Shown piece after piece: positions 1-11,398 of a stretch of 26,042 nt of DNA. The stretch is from Oopsacas minuta (lineage: Eukaryota; Animalia; Porifera), in contig JAKMXF010000310.1 of NCBI GenBank assembly GCA_024704765.1, positions 1,211,128-1,237,169 of the forward strand, written 5' to 3'. Both the position numbers and the translations under genes were made by a program. The stretch's first letter is position 1; each line of letters begins with the position of its first letter. Under the pieces are notes generated by a model. That model saw nothing but the letters and a program-made list of their open reading frames with translations. It ran no database searches and was not told the origin of the DNA.

Positions 1-104
1 AATTTATAGTGAAAGTATGAATTAATCAAAGAAAACGAGTGACTGAAGTGATTACATCAATGTCATCGATAAATATAATATGTTTGGAAACTTAAAATAG
101 AGCT

Positions 105-234
105 TGAATAACTTAAGCAACCTCGGTAGGTTACTTAACTTTTGTACTTAAGTACATACTTAAGTATGAGCTTAAATTTTAGTGAATACCAATCTTAGTG
201 AATACGGTTTAAGTATGTTTAGTGAATACGGCCC
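105..234. mobile_element. Terminal fragment of a PIF/Harbinger-like element (family distinct from 9151-11920); rest lies outside the window
   Basis: Ends ...TTTAGTGAATACGGCCC followed by CAG (235-237), the same GGCCC|CAG junction as at 11916-11923. Subterminal repeats AGTGAATAC (181, 197, 221) and several CTTAAG. Left boundary of the feature is approximate. Confidence 0.65.
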
Positions 235-530
235 CAGACACCTAAATAAAAGGGAAGCATCTCCAAGAGCAGCGAGAGCTTAATAGACTGCGCTTTGAAC
301 AAGGAGACCCAACCAAGAGGAAAGCTCGACTCAAACAGATGATTGATCAGCAAGATTCTCGGTTGAAAGAAGAAACTCCAAGAGAGTTGCGGGATACCTC
401 GATATGAGTGAACGTTAGGTAGGCTGATTGCTAAGACAAATGAAGACCGTGTTGTCCGTCTTCAAGACAAGCGGAAATGTCAGGCCACTCAGCTATCTAT
501 GGAGACGATTGATTTGGGAAAAGTCTAAAC
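235..530 (+). pseudogene. Decayed charged-repeat coding relic resembling the N-terminal repeats of Helitron Rep/Hel proteins
   Basis: Manual translation gives HLQEQRELNRLRFEQGDPTKRKARLKQMIDQQDSRLKEETPRELR and TNEDRVVRLQDKRKCQATQLSMET, a repeated ET.E.R..RL...R..Q pattern, with stops and frameshifts. No Rep or helicase motif is present. Confidence 0.4.
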
Positions 531-597
531 TCACGTGGAAGGTTAGAGTGATAGCACTAGTACCAAGATTATTTGCTTTTTATTAATATATATACTA

Positions 598-1150
598 ATG
601 GGAGAAACTGGAAGACCCGATGGCTGATATTTGGGATAGTGGTGTATTTTGGCCCTGGCTTGGATAATTTTGAGTCTTGCACAAAATTCAAATCTGTCAG
701 GAAATCATGGCGTAATTGCCACCTTATGGATTTTCGAGTGTCACATTATTTGCCACTGCTCTGCCAATAAACATGATCGTAGTTTGAAATTTGAATCACA
801 GGCACCTACAATGTGTCAAATATCCTGACATTATGATTTTGACCAATTACAAAATCATTATGGAATTATTATGTTGTAATGATTGTACCAAATTTTCACT
901 GTTTAGATATTTTCACTACTTTTAGAACTTCCATCGAAATTCCGAACCAAATCTTCGTATTAGCCCTGTATTACCTCAGACTTAAATAGAATTTGGATGT
1001 ACCATGGATAATATATAATATCAATTTCAGCCCGGTTAACTTCGAGGCTCGTAGTGCCGAGTATATATAGTCGCTATCGCATCAAAAAATTTGCTTGTTT
1101 AATCAACACTTTAGCTAACCTGAGGCACTGAGCTGTCGCGCAGGTCATAT
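598..1150 (+). repeat. Dispersed non-coding repeat family, copy 1 (body plus palindrome-rich tail); possibly a non-autonomous Helitron/Helentron (HINE-like) element
   Basis: Body shares GAAACTG..GGCTGAT.TTT, TTTTGAGTCTTG, AGTTTGAAATTTGAATCACAGG, AATGTGTCAAAT and CATGGATAAT with 4008-4445. Tail carries AGCTAACCTGAGGCAC at 1113-1128. Confidence 0.7.
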
Positions 1151-1376
1151 CTACAATTTCCATACAGATAATACTATATTTGGCCTATTCTTGATGGTCA
1201 ATACCATCAAACATCATGATTGAGATTAAGTAGAGGGTCAAAGTCGCAATCTACGTATCCTGGTACAACGGTTTCATTGATTTCCATGGAATATTCATTA
1301 ATAAATTTGAAAATTTCCAACCCTGTGTCATTTATTGAAATATATAACCATATGTATAATGGTTGTTAATGGTATA

Positions 1377-1525
1377 GAGCTAAGCTGTTTAATAAGTTTT
1401 TCATTGAAACCTTATTACGTATAATATGTATTTATGACACGTATTATACGTTCAATCTACAATTTTGGTGACGTAATTTATAATATGGTGATTTCTGCAA
1501 TAAATATTCTGTACAAAACAGTATT
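1377..1525. repeat. Short dispersed repeat with inverted homologues at 15972-16075 and about 24690-24745
   Basis: TTCAATCTACAATTTTGGTGA and TGATTTCT.CAATAAATATT recur on the minus strand at 15972-16075. AGCTAAG.TGTTTAAT and ATTACGTATAATA.GTATT recur on the minus strand at 24690-24745. Confidence 0.6.
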
Positions 1526-1782
1526 AAAAAAATTATATAATACTTGATAATAATGTGACTTATACAAGTCTAACAATGCCAAAATCTGATTTTCCAGGTT
1601 AATCCAGACGATAATGCGATAAAATAGATCATGTATAACATAATATACGTTTAATACGTATTATACGTTATACGCGTATTGTACAACTTGGTATAAATTG
1701 TCATAATGCGTCCTGACAGGTCCCATTCTTTTCGTTTTACAAATTGCAAGTTAACCAAGGATATATTGTGTTTTCAAACCTG

Positions 1783-2075
1783 TTAAATCGATAAATATGC
1801 CTGAAAATATCGATGTAAACATCGATGAAAATATCGAGAGAACATCGAAATATCTATTAAGTTTGGATACATTTAACTGGATTATCGATTGAAATGGGAT
1901 CATCAGATTTAAATTGCTTCCGTCCGCGAAACGAGGAAAAAATCGAAAGAATCGATAAAATAATCGATAAAAAGCTATCTGAAATTGGAAAATACGCAGT
2001 GAATAATATTCAATATATATATATCGATCAAAATATCGAGAAATATCAATGAAAAATCGAAAATATTCTCGATTA
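1783..2075. repeat. Degenerate ATCGA(T)-rich array
   Basis: About a dozen ATCGA/AATATCGA units at irregular 10-70 bp spacing; no TIR or TSD resolved. Confidence 0.6.
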
Positions 2076-2514
2076 TTGATATTGGTTGGATTTTACGGAA
2101 GAATCTATTGATCCATCCAAATTCTTCTTATCCGATTACTGCCGAAGTGTTACTTTCGTAATAAAGGGAGCACTAAATATTACTCTTCGTTTACCTATTC
2201 CTACACCCAAATCTAGATTTTAGCACTTTTTGACATTATAAAATCACACGTTTTTCAGGTAGTATTCGGTTAATGGGGAAAGCAGAGATAAAGTCTCTGA
2301 TTTGTTTTCCAAAGAAATCAAAATGAAATCGGCCTGTATACTTCATCAACTTTTGGCACCTAGGGGTTTTTACTTCAAAAATCAGAAGTTAGCTATTAAA
2401 TTTAGTTTTCAAATTGCTAAATTGCTAAATTTCGATGGACGCTCCTTCAATTTCGTATTCAATCAAGATTTTTTCAAATAAATTAGCGAGTTAATTTGTG
2501 CTGTGCCGACTATA

Positions 2515-2973
2515 CAGTCAAACTTGTCTCTGTCGGCCTCAAAAGGGACTGGTCAAAAGTGGCCTTTATATACATGTTGCCTCTATAGAGAGATTGACCG
2601 TTTTACACTAGTGTGTTAATACCATTATGTTAATGATGGTGATATAGAGAAATTGTGTTTTAAGACAAGTGATCGATATTTAAGATAATTTAGTGGAAGT
2701 AGTTAATGATGGCCACCCTGGGGACTTGCCAAGCAAACTTATGGGAGGCGACCACTTTGAAAGTGGTCGTATTTGGCCATTATATAGAGGTAGAGGTCGT
2801 TATTGACAGGTTTACCGCCAGCAAGGGGCCAAAAAATGATGGCCTCTGGCCGCCTTGAGCCCGCGGCTGATATACAAAAGTCATTACAATGGGAATCGGG
2901 GGGGACTGCTTTTAAATGACAGCTATGCGCAGGTGACCTTTATACACAGGTTGTCATTAGTCAGGTTTGGCTG
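2515..2973. mobile_element. MITE, pogo/Tigger-type ends
   Basis: TA|CAGTCAAACTTGTCT ... AGTCAGGTTTGGCTG|TA: imperfect ~15-bp TIR with TA TSD (2513-14, 2974-75). An internal GACAGGTTTACCG near 2805-2817 resembles a second right end. No coding capacity. Confidence 0.75.
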
Positions 2974-3759
2974 TATATGTTTCGGTCTACTGTTTATGCC
3001 TTTAGAGATTAAGATGCCAAGTTTGCCATGTGTACTCGTAGTGACATCTAGTTGTGCACATTTGAAAAATTTCTATTGTCATAATTTTCACACCTTTTAA
3101 CACCTCTGTATTATATCCCAATTAGATTGTAGTGTTTTACGATTAGGCATATGTGCATAAAACTGATATACTTACCTGTAATTTATTTGTATTGATGCAG
3201 ACTCCGTTCTATTGGTCAATACATTCTACTAAATATATGCACACTGATTTATGACTTATCTAAGAGTTTAGATTTCACTTTTTAAATAGGGGTAAACAGC
3301 GAAGTAGAATTCGATTCTGACATTTTTAAATGTCTAACAAGATTATTAACATTCAATTTGATATTTCTTTGCTAAAATGTGAATTTCGTAGAATGATATG
3401 GTTTCAATAATCCCCTAAAAAATTCTCGAAATTTCAAAATTTTCAACAGTCATGATGAGTTTGCATTTGTTTGAATTGATTGATTCCAAGAAATTTTCCT
3501 TTTGTGGGGTAGCTGTGATTCAAATATACATCATCCATCATTTATCTTGGCTGGGCAGTGGCTAATAAAGTGATTTTTGAGTACCGAAAAAGGTACAATG
3601 AAGTTATAATTTCGTCATAGGTTTGAATTTTCTTCCAACACTCGATTTTATCCGAAGCCAGGCCCATGATATCCTTCTATGTATATTCATGCATGAGGCA
3701 CATCCATTTTCTTATATCAATTGCTAACACACAAACTAATTTATACACACATATACATA

Positions 3760-3947
3760 TGGTAGAGTCTCCGGACAGCAGACCCTTTCAGGACAGCGCT
3801 TCTGTTTGTTTTAGGAGGGAGTTGTCCGATTCTTATAGACTGCAAAAGTTTTACAAATATGATTGCTAATTCATTCCGTTCCAGGAGGTTAGTCCATTGT
3901 AGAGGGGTTGTCCGCTTCTCGGGGTGTCCGTTAGGTAGACTCCAATG
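3760..3947. mobile_element. Decayed MITE, pogo/Tigger-type ends
   Basis: Left TA|TGGTAGAGTCTCCGGACAG and right GTGTCCGTTAGGTAGACTCCAATG are degenerate inverted copies; internal GGACAG/TGTCC repeats. Right TA not preserved. Confidence 0.5.
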
Positions 3948-4007
3948 AATATCTATACTTTACCAAGCAAATAATCTGATATTTATCTATTTATGTTTCT
4001 ATCTTGA

Positions 4008-4592
4008 TTGAAGAAACTGTAAAATTCTCAGGGCTGATTTTGGCCTACAGGGGATTTCCGGCCTTTCTCGGACATTTTGAGTCTTGGACGAAATTTCACA
4101 CCTATGATGAAATTATTCCCTCATTGTCACCTTTCTGGATTTTTGGAAAATTATGTTATTAACCAGTGTTCAGCAAAACACATGATACAAGTTTGAAATT
4201 TGAATCACAGGTACTCGTCAATGTGTCAAATGTCCAGACGTCTTGAATTTGGCTAAATGCTAACTCATCATGGGATAATTACGTCATGACTTTACAAAAA
4301 ATCAATATTTCCCGCATTTCGATATCTTTGAGACTTTCATAATACTAAAATCTCCCAGATTACTACCCAAAGTACAACGTTCCAGTTCCAATGTTACAAC
4401 AGAAGGCTATTAAATGGAATTTGAAATGGTCATGGATAATCAAAATTACAATTTTTGCTATTTTATACACTAGGTATGAAGTGTTGTGTATATTCTGTCG
4501 CGTAGCGATCAAAATAATTTGCTGTTTGAAACTTTATATTTTTGGCTACTTCAGCTAACCTGAGGCACAAAGCTGTCGCTTAGCGACCTAAC
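4008..4592 (+). repeat. Dispersed repeat family, copy 2 (body plus palindrome-rich tail)
   Basis: Collinear with 598-1150. Core AGCTAACCTGAGGCAC at 4553-4568, followed by hairpin GTCGC-TTA-GCGAC (4575-4587); a second GTCGCGTAGCGA near 4497. Confidence 0.75.
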
Positions 4593-4684
4593 AATCGAAT
4601 CGCAGTAATATATATATAGATTGATTAGGTTTTAAATGTATTGCTTTGTGTACTCATATGTGGATATATGTTCGTATGTCCATG

Positions 4685-4870
4685 ATTGATTGAAGAACCT
4701 GTAGGGCCCCCCGTTGCTTAGTTTGGCCTGGCTTGCACAAGTCCGAGTCTTGGATGAAAATTCACAAATATGACAAATTCTGACGTAATTGTCCTTTTGG
4801 ATTTTTGACAATTTATTAATACATGGTGTAAGAAGTGCCAAGATTACTAATCAAAAGCCACGTAGAAGCT
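4685..4870 (+). repeat. Dispersed repeat family, partial divergent body copy
   Basis: GAAGAACCTGTAG..TTTGGCCTGGCTTG..GAGTCTTGGATGAAAATTCACA..TGGATTTTTG aligns by eye with 4010-4150 and 600-740. Confidence 0.55.
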
Positions 4871-5213
4871 TCAGTGTGACCACATAAGTGTTATGACAGA
4901 TTTTCTATGTGTTTTTCTGTTATTCAACATATAAATTTCAGATTTTTACTATTAGAAAATTATCATTATTTCCCATTTTGGGGACTAAATCCACACAAGA
5001 GTGTCCTCACTCCCAGAATTTTCCTGATTACACTTATTATGCGATAGCGTATACATTTACATCTATTTCCAAATACTTAATGTAGAACAGATTGCCATTT
5101 GTATAAATTTTGATTTTGTTAACAAAATTGTCCTGCAGTCGAAATATCTGACTTCCTTGGAAAATTTTACATTTCTTGTGAATTCCCAACTATTTGAAGT
5201 ATATCTACTTATA

Positions 5214-6462
5214 CAGGTGACCAATAAGTTCTGCCCCATAATTTTAGGATTTATACGTAATCACTTGTTTACTACTGGACTAAACCTCGATTAGACATGA
5301 TATTACGACTCTTATTCGATTGACCTACTACTTAGACAGAAAACTATTTTATAATGGATCGAGAGAGGGCAGCGATAATTGAATTATTTGTAAAAGGAAA
5401 GTCAGGGGGAGATTTTAAAATTGTTCCAAATCCCAAAATCAAAGAGGAAATTAGTTTATCGAACAATCCAACGTTATTACAAGAATAGAGGTGTAGAGGA
5501 TATGGCAAGGGGTGGTTGACCGAAGTCAGTTTCAACTCCAAGGCAAAAAACGATTGAGGTATCGAATTCAGCGAAATCCTCAACCATCTACTCGGAAAAT
5601 TGTCAAAGAGCTCAAAGTTTCCCTCGGGTCGATCCAAAACCTCGTGAGGAATAATTTACATCACAAATCGTACAAAAGAAAGACTGCTCACTTCATCTCG
5701 GAGAAAATTAAATAAAAGAGACTTGCTACTTGCTAGAATCAAGGGCCTGCTGACTTGGCTCGCAACTCAACAGCTGGAACATGTGGTATTTTCTGACGAG
5801 AAGATTTTCACCATAGAGGAAGCGACCAACAAACACAATGATCGTATACTACCATCCACGTCTTCGAGCATCCCTGAAAAGTACCTCTACGTCAGTCGGA
5901 TTCAGAAACCACTTTCTGGAACAAAAATCAACGAAGTGCGGCCTTTTGCAAAGGTTCTGGCCCAAACCATTACAGCAGGGGTAATAATCAATTCGGAAAT
6001 CCAACAGAAATAAATTCTGGAGCCTGTGGTAAAAGATTTGAGTCAAATCATGTTCGGAAAGAACCATTTCTGTTCCAAAGTTGGTTGCACGAAAATGGTC
6101 CGGATTTCATTTCAAAGGAGGAATGGCCCCCATCATGTCCAAATTTGAATCCCATTGACATTTCAATCTGGTCCATCTTGGAGACGAATGCCTGTGCTAG
6201 TCCAATAAAAGTATCTAAGCTTTAATGAAAATTTTGCTTCGTGAGTGGGCCCAAATTCCACAGGATGCCTTACGAGCTGCTGTTGAGGCTTTTCCCCACG
6301 ATTGAAGAGGGTAGTCGATAAAAGGTGGTTACATTGAGTAGTCTATGTCTAACCTATTTCTATACTAATCTATTACATTTACAGGAAACATCAATTAATG
6401 CAGTTCGTTAAATTAACAATTATAGGCTTTTTTTAACGGGACAGAACTTATTGGTCACCCTG
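5214..6462 (+). mobile_element. Tc1/mariner-superfamily transposon, maT/DD37D-like, defective
   Basis: TIRs CAGG(G)TGACCAATAAGTTCTG(C/T)CCC at both ends; TA TSD (5212-13, 6463-64); 1249 bp. Confidence 0.92.
5354..6341 (+). pseudogene. Tc1/mariner-superfamily transposase pseudogene (maT-like motifs)
   Basis: MDRERAAIIELF..., RIQRNPQPSTRKIVKEL, VVFSDEKIFTIEE..NKHNDRI, EEWPPSCPNLNPIDISIWSILE, KGGYIE*. Frameshifts and stops; the VMVW and FQQD segments are deleted, so the D-D spacing cannot be counted. Confidence 0.85.
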
Positions 6463-6659
6463 TATATGTTCCATATACACCAATGAGTAATTGCATTCTG
6501 AATATTCGCTAGAAATCATTAGCATAATTGATTCATCTATATCTTATACATTTATTCTGGAAATTCTGGAGGAAAATGCTATAGTACCATAGACAAATTA
6601 TCAAAAATGCCCCAATACATCAAATTTCAATAATTTTGAATTTTGGAATACCTTGTGTA

Positions 6660-7948
6660 CGAAAGGCACTCGAAAAGTTTTGGCGTTGACCGATATATCA
6701 GATAGTAATAATAAAATTGATTATCACATTATTTCAAAATAGTCTCCCTAACAATCTATACATTTTTTCATTCTGGTAAACCAATTATCAAAATATTTTT
6801 TCCATGCTTCTTTTTTTGGGTATGTCTCCGATCGCTTGGAAAAGTGCCCCTCTCAACTCCTCATTAGTCGAAAATCTCCTCCCATGTCATTGATCTTTGA
6901 GTCTAGGGAACAACCAGAAGTCGCAAGGGGCTAAATCAGGACTATAGGGTGGCTGGGGTAATGTTTTGAGTCCAGAATTTTCCAAAAACTCACGAGTTCT
7001 GATTGTCGTATTGCGATGATGCATTATCATGATGAAGAAGAATTCCTCTAATGCTTCTTCTCCCGCTGTGACTCAATTGCTGTGATGACTTTGGGTAGGC
7101 ACACTGTAGTGTACTAGTCGGCAGTAAAAGTCTTTCTATCCTCGAGAGCAACAACTTCGACAAACCCACTAGATCTGAAAAAAATTGCCCACATTTGTTT
7201 CCCAACAGGACTAGCCCTACGCACTTTGGTTGGAGGTGGGCATCTTCTTCAACCCACTCCTTTGACATTCGCTTTGTTTCTGGATCTTAATGGCATATCC
7301 ATGTCTCATCACCTGTAAGGATCTCAGAAACAGCTCTTTAACTTCCAGTAGCAAACCTTTTGAGCATAATTTTGCAAAAGTCTATGCGGGATATTTTTTG
7401 CTGTAAGTTCAAAGAATGGGGGATCCATCGGCACACAACTTCCTGACAAAAAGCTCTTTGTGCAAAATGATATTAATTGTCCCCGATGATAACTCGGTTT
7501 CATACTCTAACTGAGCGTACGAAATATGAGGATCTTTAGTAACTAGATCCAGCATTTCGTTAACATTTTCTTCATTATGTGAAATATTCGGTCTTCCTGA
7601 ACGAGGGGCATCTTCAAGAACAACGTTTCCTTGAATAAATTCCCTGTACCATCGTTCAACTGTACTTAGAGAAGGAGCTAGATCCGGGGAATGTTCCTGT
7701 AAAGATTCATAGATTTCTACTCTTGTCTTCTGTAGTTTGAATAAGATCAATATCATTGCTCGAAAATCGTGTTTTGTGAGATCTGATTTAGATTGAGATT
7801 TTTAGAAGCCATGTATACTAAAATTATACAAATTTATGAAAGTAGACTAGATAAATGAATGAAAGTTCCAAAGTAGAGTAATAAAATATGTCTGAAAAGA
7901 TGGATTAATGGTTTCATATCAAACGGCAACACTTTCGAGTGCCCCTCG
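6660..7948 (-). mobile_element. mariner (DD34D) transposon, defective
   Basis: Imperfect TIRs CGAGGGGCACTCGAAAGTGTTG / CGAAAGGCACTCGAAAAGTTTTG; TA TSD (6658-59, 7949-50); 1289 bp. Confidence 0.92.
6721..7812 (-). pseudogene. mariner transposase pseudogene, DD34D
   Basis: HTH region with PRSGRP, then ILTGDETW, ILLHHDNA, QPPYSPDLAPCDFWLFP and GDYFE. After correcting one frameshift, 34 residues separate the 2nd and 3rd catalytic Asp. Confidence 0.9.
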
Positions 7949-8378
7949 TATTATACGTTTTTGCATGATTAAACCATATTTGTCATTTTTTCGATCATAA
8001 GAACTTTGTATAAATACATTTTCAGACTTGAATGTGCCATGTCATCCTTTCATGTAAACACATTTCACTTTTTCAAGGAGTTCTTTACCCAGAAAATATA
8101 GCTGGGTGAAACACGACATTATTCCTTTTAAATTTGTATTGATTTTGAACATGTCAAGCCTATTAATTGATTACAATGTTATTCCACCCTAAGGACGAGA
8201 TTGAATGATTTTTCATACACTTTTAATTGCTATGATTATATATGTATATATAGGGGAAATCAGCCATGACGAACGCTCTGCAGATGTGTAGCTCAATCAC
8301 AGAACTCCTTCCTTTTGATATTAGTGTAGTAATGTCATTGGCCCCTATCATTTCTACAATTTTCATGGTTTTGTTATA

Positions 8379-9105
8379 CAGTGGAAGTCGCTTAATCGGG
8401 ATATCCACTTAAACGGGACAATGTTATGGGAACAAATTTTTTCAAACAATAATCATCGGATACTTGTTACATCGAATCGGTTAATAGGGGAATTCTTTTC
8501 CCGATTAACCGAATATAAAAAATATATTCGCTTAATTGAGATTTCTATCTCAATTAAACGATTCGCATATTTATTCAGAATCATTGTAAAATTTCTGTTT
8601 TTCAAACTAGGAATTTGAATATTATCTACAACCATAACAATACAATACTGATTCGATTACCATTTCCAAAAATATGACTATTCACTTGATCACTTACCTC
8701 AGGTTCCATTTCCTATTCCATCAGGCATAGATTAATTCAATAATGACCAGACTGTTGGATATCCGTAATCCAAACGTTCTGCATGGTCCTATGGAGTACG
8801 GATAATTGAGATTGCAGTAATATGCACATGGATTATTGTTTCAACCTTAATTACTTTACTTTCTACCTAAGTATCGTAACGCATTTTATCACCTATTGAA
8901 GCGGTACTATACCCTTAATACAACGACTTATCTCTACTGAACCTATATAAATCAGGAATTCGTTGTATTGAAATACGATTCTGGTTATGTGACCATGAAA
9001 AACTAGTTTTGAATACTTCAATAAATCCTAATCGGTTAATATGGACAATTGGTTAATCGGGACAAACATTGACTCCCGAGCTGTCCCGATTAAGTGGCTC
9101 CAGTG
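8379..9105. mobile_element. MITE / non-autonomous pogo-Tigger-type element
   Basis: TA|CAGTGGAAGTCGCTTAATCGGGA ... TCCCGATTAAGTGGCTCCAGTG|TA; subterminal AATCGG/CCGATT repeats at both ends. The interior contains a probable end of another MITE family near 8745-8818. Confidence 0.75.
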
Positions 9106-9493
9106 TATTAGGAGTGAATCCCGCTTTCCTGCAAATAAGATCTTATCCAGGGGCCTTATAACTAAAATTCTAAGAATTTTTCTTAACTTAATTCTAAGTG
9201 TATTTCTAAGAATAGATCTAAGAATTCATGAAATATTCTTAGTTTTGGTTAAGAATTCTTAACTTGGCTATACTTAACGGATCCTAAGAATAATTCTTAG
9301 AATTAAGCAATTCTAAGAAAAATTCTTAGGATTGTGTAATTCTACTTGATTGATTCTTTAATAAAATTTATGCCAATTCATTCGACTTCAATCGCTTTTT
9401 CAGAAGATATGCGCATAGTATAAAATAAATTGCCCCACCCAATAGAAAAGGATGTTAATTACATTTCTCATTTGTGTGCTATTGTATAAACTC

Positions 9494-10553
9494 ATGGCCT
9501 CGCTTTTTGTTCTTTGGGAGCTGGAAATAGGCAGTTTACGACGCCAGAGAATATTTCGTGACAGGTTAAACCCTCTTGATCCATACACAGATGTAGAGTT
9601 TATTTCTCGTTATAGAATCAGAAGAGAAATGTTCTTAGAATTGCATGACAAAATTGAGACTTTTCATGTCTCGATCTACAAGCCGATCTCATTCACTTTC
9701 GGTGACAACTCAATTAGCGGTCACTCTTCAGTTTCTAGCTACGGGTAGTTTCCAAACTGTGGTTGCATCAGCTCATGGAATTTCCCAGCCCTCTGTGCCC
9801 AACTGTGTTAGAGGTGTAACAGATGCATTGTGCTCAATTGCGAAAGAGTATATCCAGTTTCCAAATGCTGCTAGACAGATGAGCATGCAGCATGGATTTA
9901 TGGAAAAGTTCGGGTTTTCCTAAAGTATTAGGTTGCATAGACGGCACACACATCCCAATTGTTGCCCTAGCACCAACGAAACAATTTATGTTAATCGTAA
10001 AGTTTTCATTCAATTAACGTCCAAGCAATATGTGACGATGTATTCAAGTTTATTGATGTAGTTTGAAGTGGCTAGGCAGCACACATGACGCGTTCATATG
10101 GAGGCAATCAGGAATCAATCTTAAGATCACCAGTAAAGAAATTCCAATTCTTGATGGATGGTTTCTCGGCGATATTGGTTATCCGTTGCGTCCAAATTTA
10201 ATGACTCCATTATTATTTCCTCTTACACCTCGCGAAAGAAGGTATAATCGTGCTTTCCTGAAGACTCGAAAGACAATTGAATGTACCTTTGGAATATGGA
10301 AGAGCAGATGGAGATGAATGGACAAGACTGGTGGCAGTTTGTGCTATAGCCCAGAGAGGGTTTGCAAACTAATCTTATCTTCCATGATACTTCATAATTT
10401 TGTGTTGATTGTGGTATTCAAATTGATATTGAAAACTTGGAAAATGATATGCCCTACACCGAAACAGAAGACACTGAACATTCAGATAATAGGATTTTAG
10501 TTCGAGAAAATAAAATTATAAATTATTTCACATTATATAGGAAGTTTAATTAA
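9494..10553 (+). pseudogene. Harbinger transposase (HARBI1-like, DDE_Tnp_4) pseudogene
   Basis: EFISRYRI, LQFLATGSFQ..GISQPSV, LGCIDGTHIPI, YVNRK.FHSINVQAICD, GSTHDAFIW, FLGDIGYP, RYNRAFLKTRKTIECTFGIWKSRWR, ILHNF; several frameshifts and stops. Confidence 0.93.
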
Positions 10554-10606
10554 TTAACTGAGCACATGAATGAATTAGGCTCTGATTTACTTATAACATA
10601 ATTATC

Positions 10607-11398
10607 TTAATTAAGGATCCTAATCTTGACTTTGAAAGTAATGAGGTAATGAAGACAAATTAGAAGTAGAAATGAAAGGGGCAATGTCTGAAAATGCGGC
10701 AGAGGAGGCATAGTTTGAGCCATCAGAAGAGAAAGTGTCTTTGATTGATCCGCTGCTGTATGTTGCAAAATCTGGATCACCCGATCGAATTTACTCTCAA
10801 GCCGATCTAGCTTAGAATCAATGTTAGTCAAATCTCCAATTTCTTATCTTCTTTCTCTAAAATTGCACGTTTGGTCGATTCCAATTCGTCATTTTCCAAA
10901 CGATGACGTTTTCTTGGGGCTTGTTGGAAAAACTTTATTTGTTCAATATCTTCAGAGGGAACTGGGCTTATCAGCATCCTTTCAGTTTCATCATTTGCAC
11001 ACTGGGATTCAAGAGAGAGATCGATACCCGGTTCAAAGCCTTCAAAAGCTTCCTTCCCTTTGATGCTACTGTTTTTAGCTTCTATTTCATTTAAATCAGC
11101 ATCTGCAGGATCTCCTTCAGTTTTTTTCCTGATGCTAACTTATCTGCATACGAGGCTTATGTTTTGCTAGTATATTATACCATTTTTTTGTGACATCATC
11201 TCTTGTTCTTACATTCCCATCTAATTCAAACAGTCTCCCTGAAATTTCTTCCCAGATTTTGTTCTTATCATCGAAAGTCAGAGTTGATGTTAGAGCGCCG
11301 AACAATTTCGATTTTTGATCATGAATGAGATCCACGAGTGACATCACCTCCTCCTGAATAACATTCTTTGAACGAGTTTTCGATTTTTCAATGGTCAT
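10607..11398 (-). pseudogene. Harbinger Myb/SANT-like DNA-binding protein gene, frameshifted
   Basis: MTIEKSKTRSKN..EEVMSLVDLI..KLFG..KNKIWEEISGRL..RTRDDVTKKWYNIL (Myb/SANT-like trihelix), then after a frameshift ASGKKTEGDP..AFEGFEPGID, and a C-terminal coiled-coil-like IDSKLDRLESKFDRVI. Confidence 0.85.

Noticed and set aside
573-4841. Short ORFs 573-770, 2855-3100, 3666-3869 and 4632-4841 as genes
   Set aside because: They lie in MITEs or the dispersed repeat family, mostly begin at TTG/GTG or other non-ATG codons in eukaryotic DNA, and show no protein motifs.
8421-9262. ORFs 8421-8618, 8453-8635 and 9041-9262 as genes
   Set aside because: They fall within a MITE or run across the hAT/Harbinger junction; composition reflects AT-rich repeats.
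9168-9331. CRISPR-like array (also considered for 1783-2075 and 11803-11903)
   Set aside because: Units are 5-9 bp, irregularly spaced and lack unique spacers; no cas genes; explained as transposon subterminal repeats.
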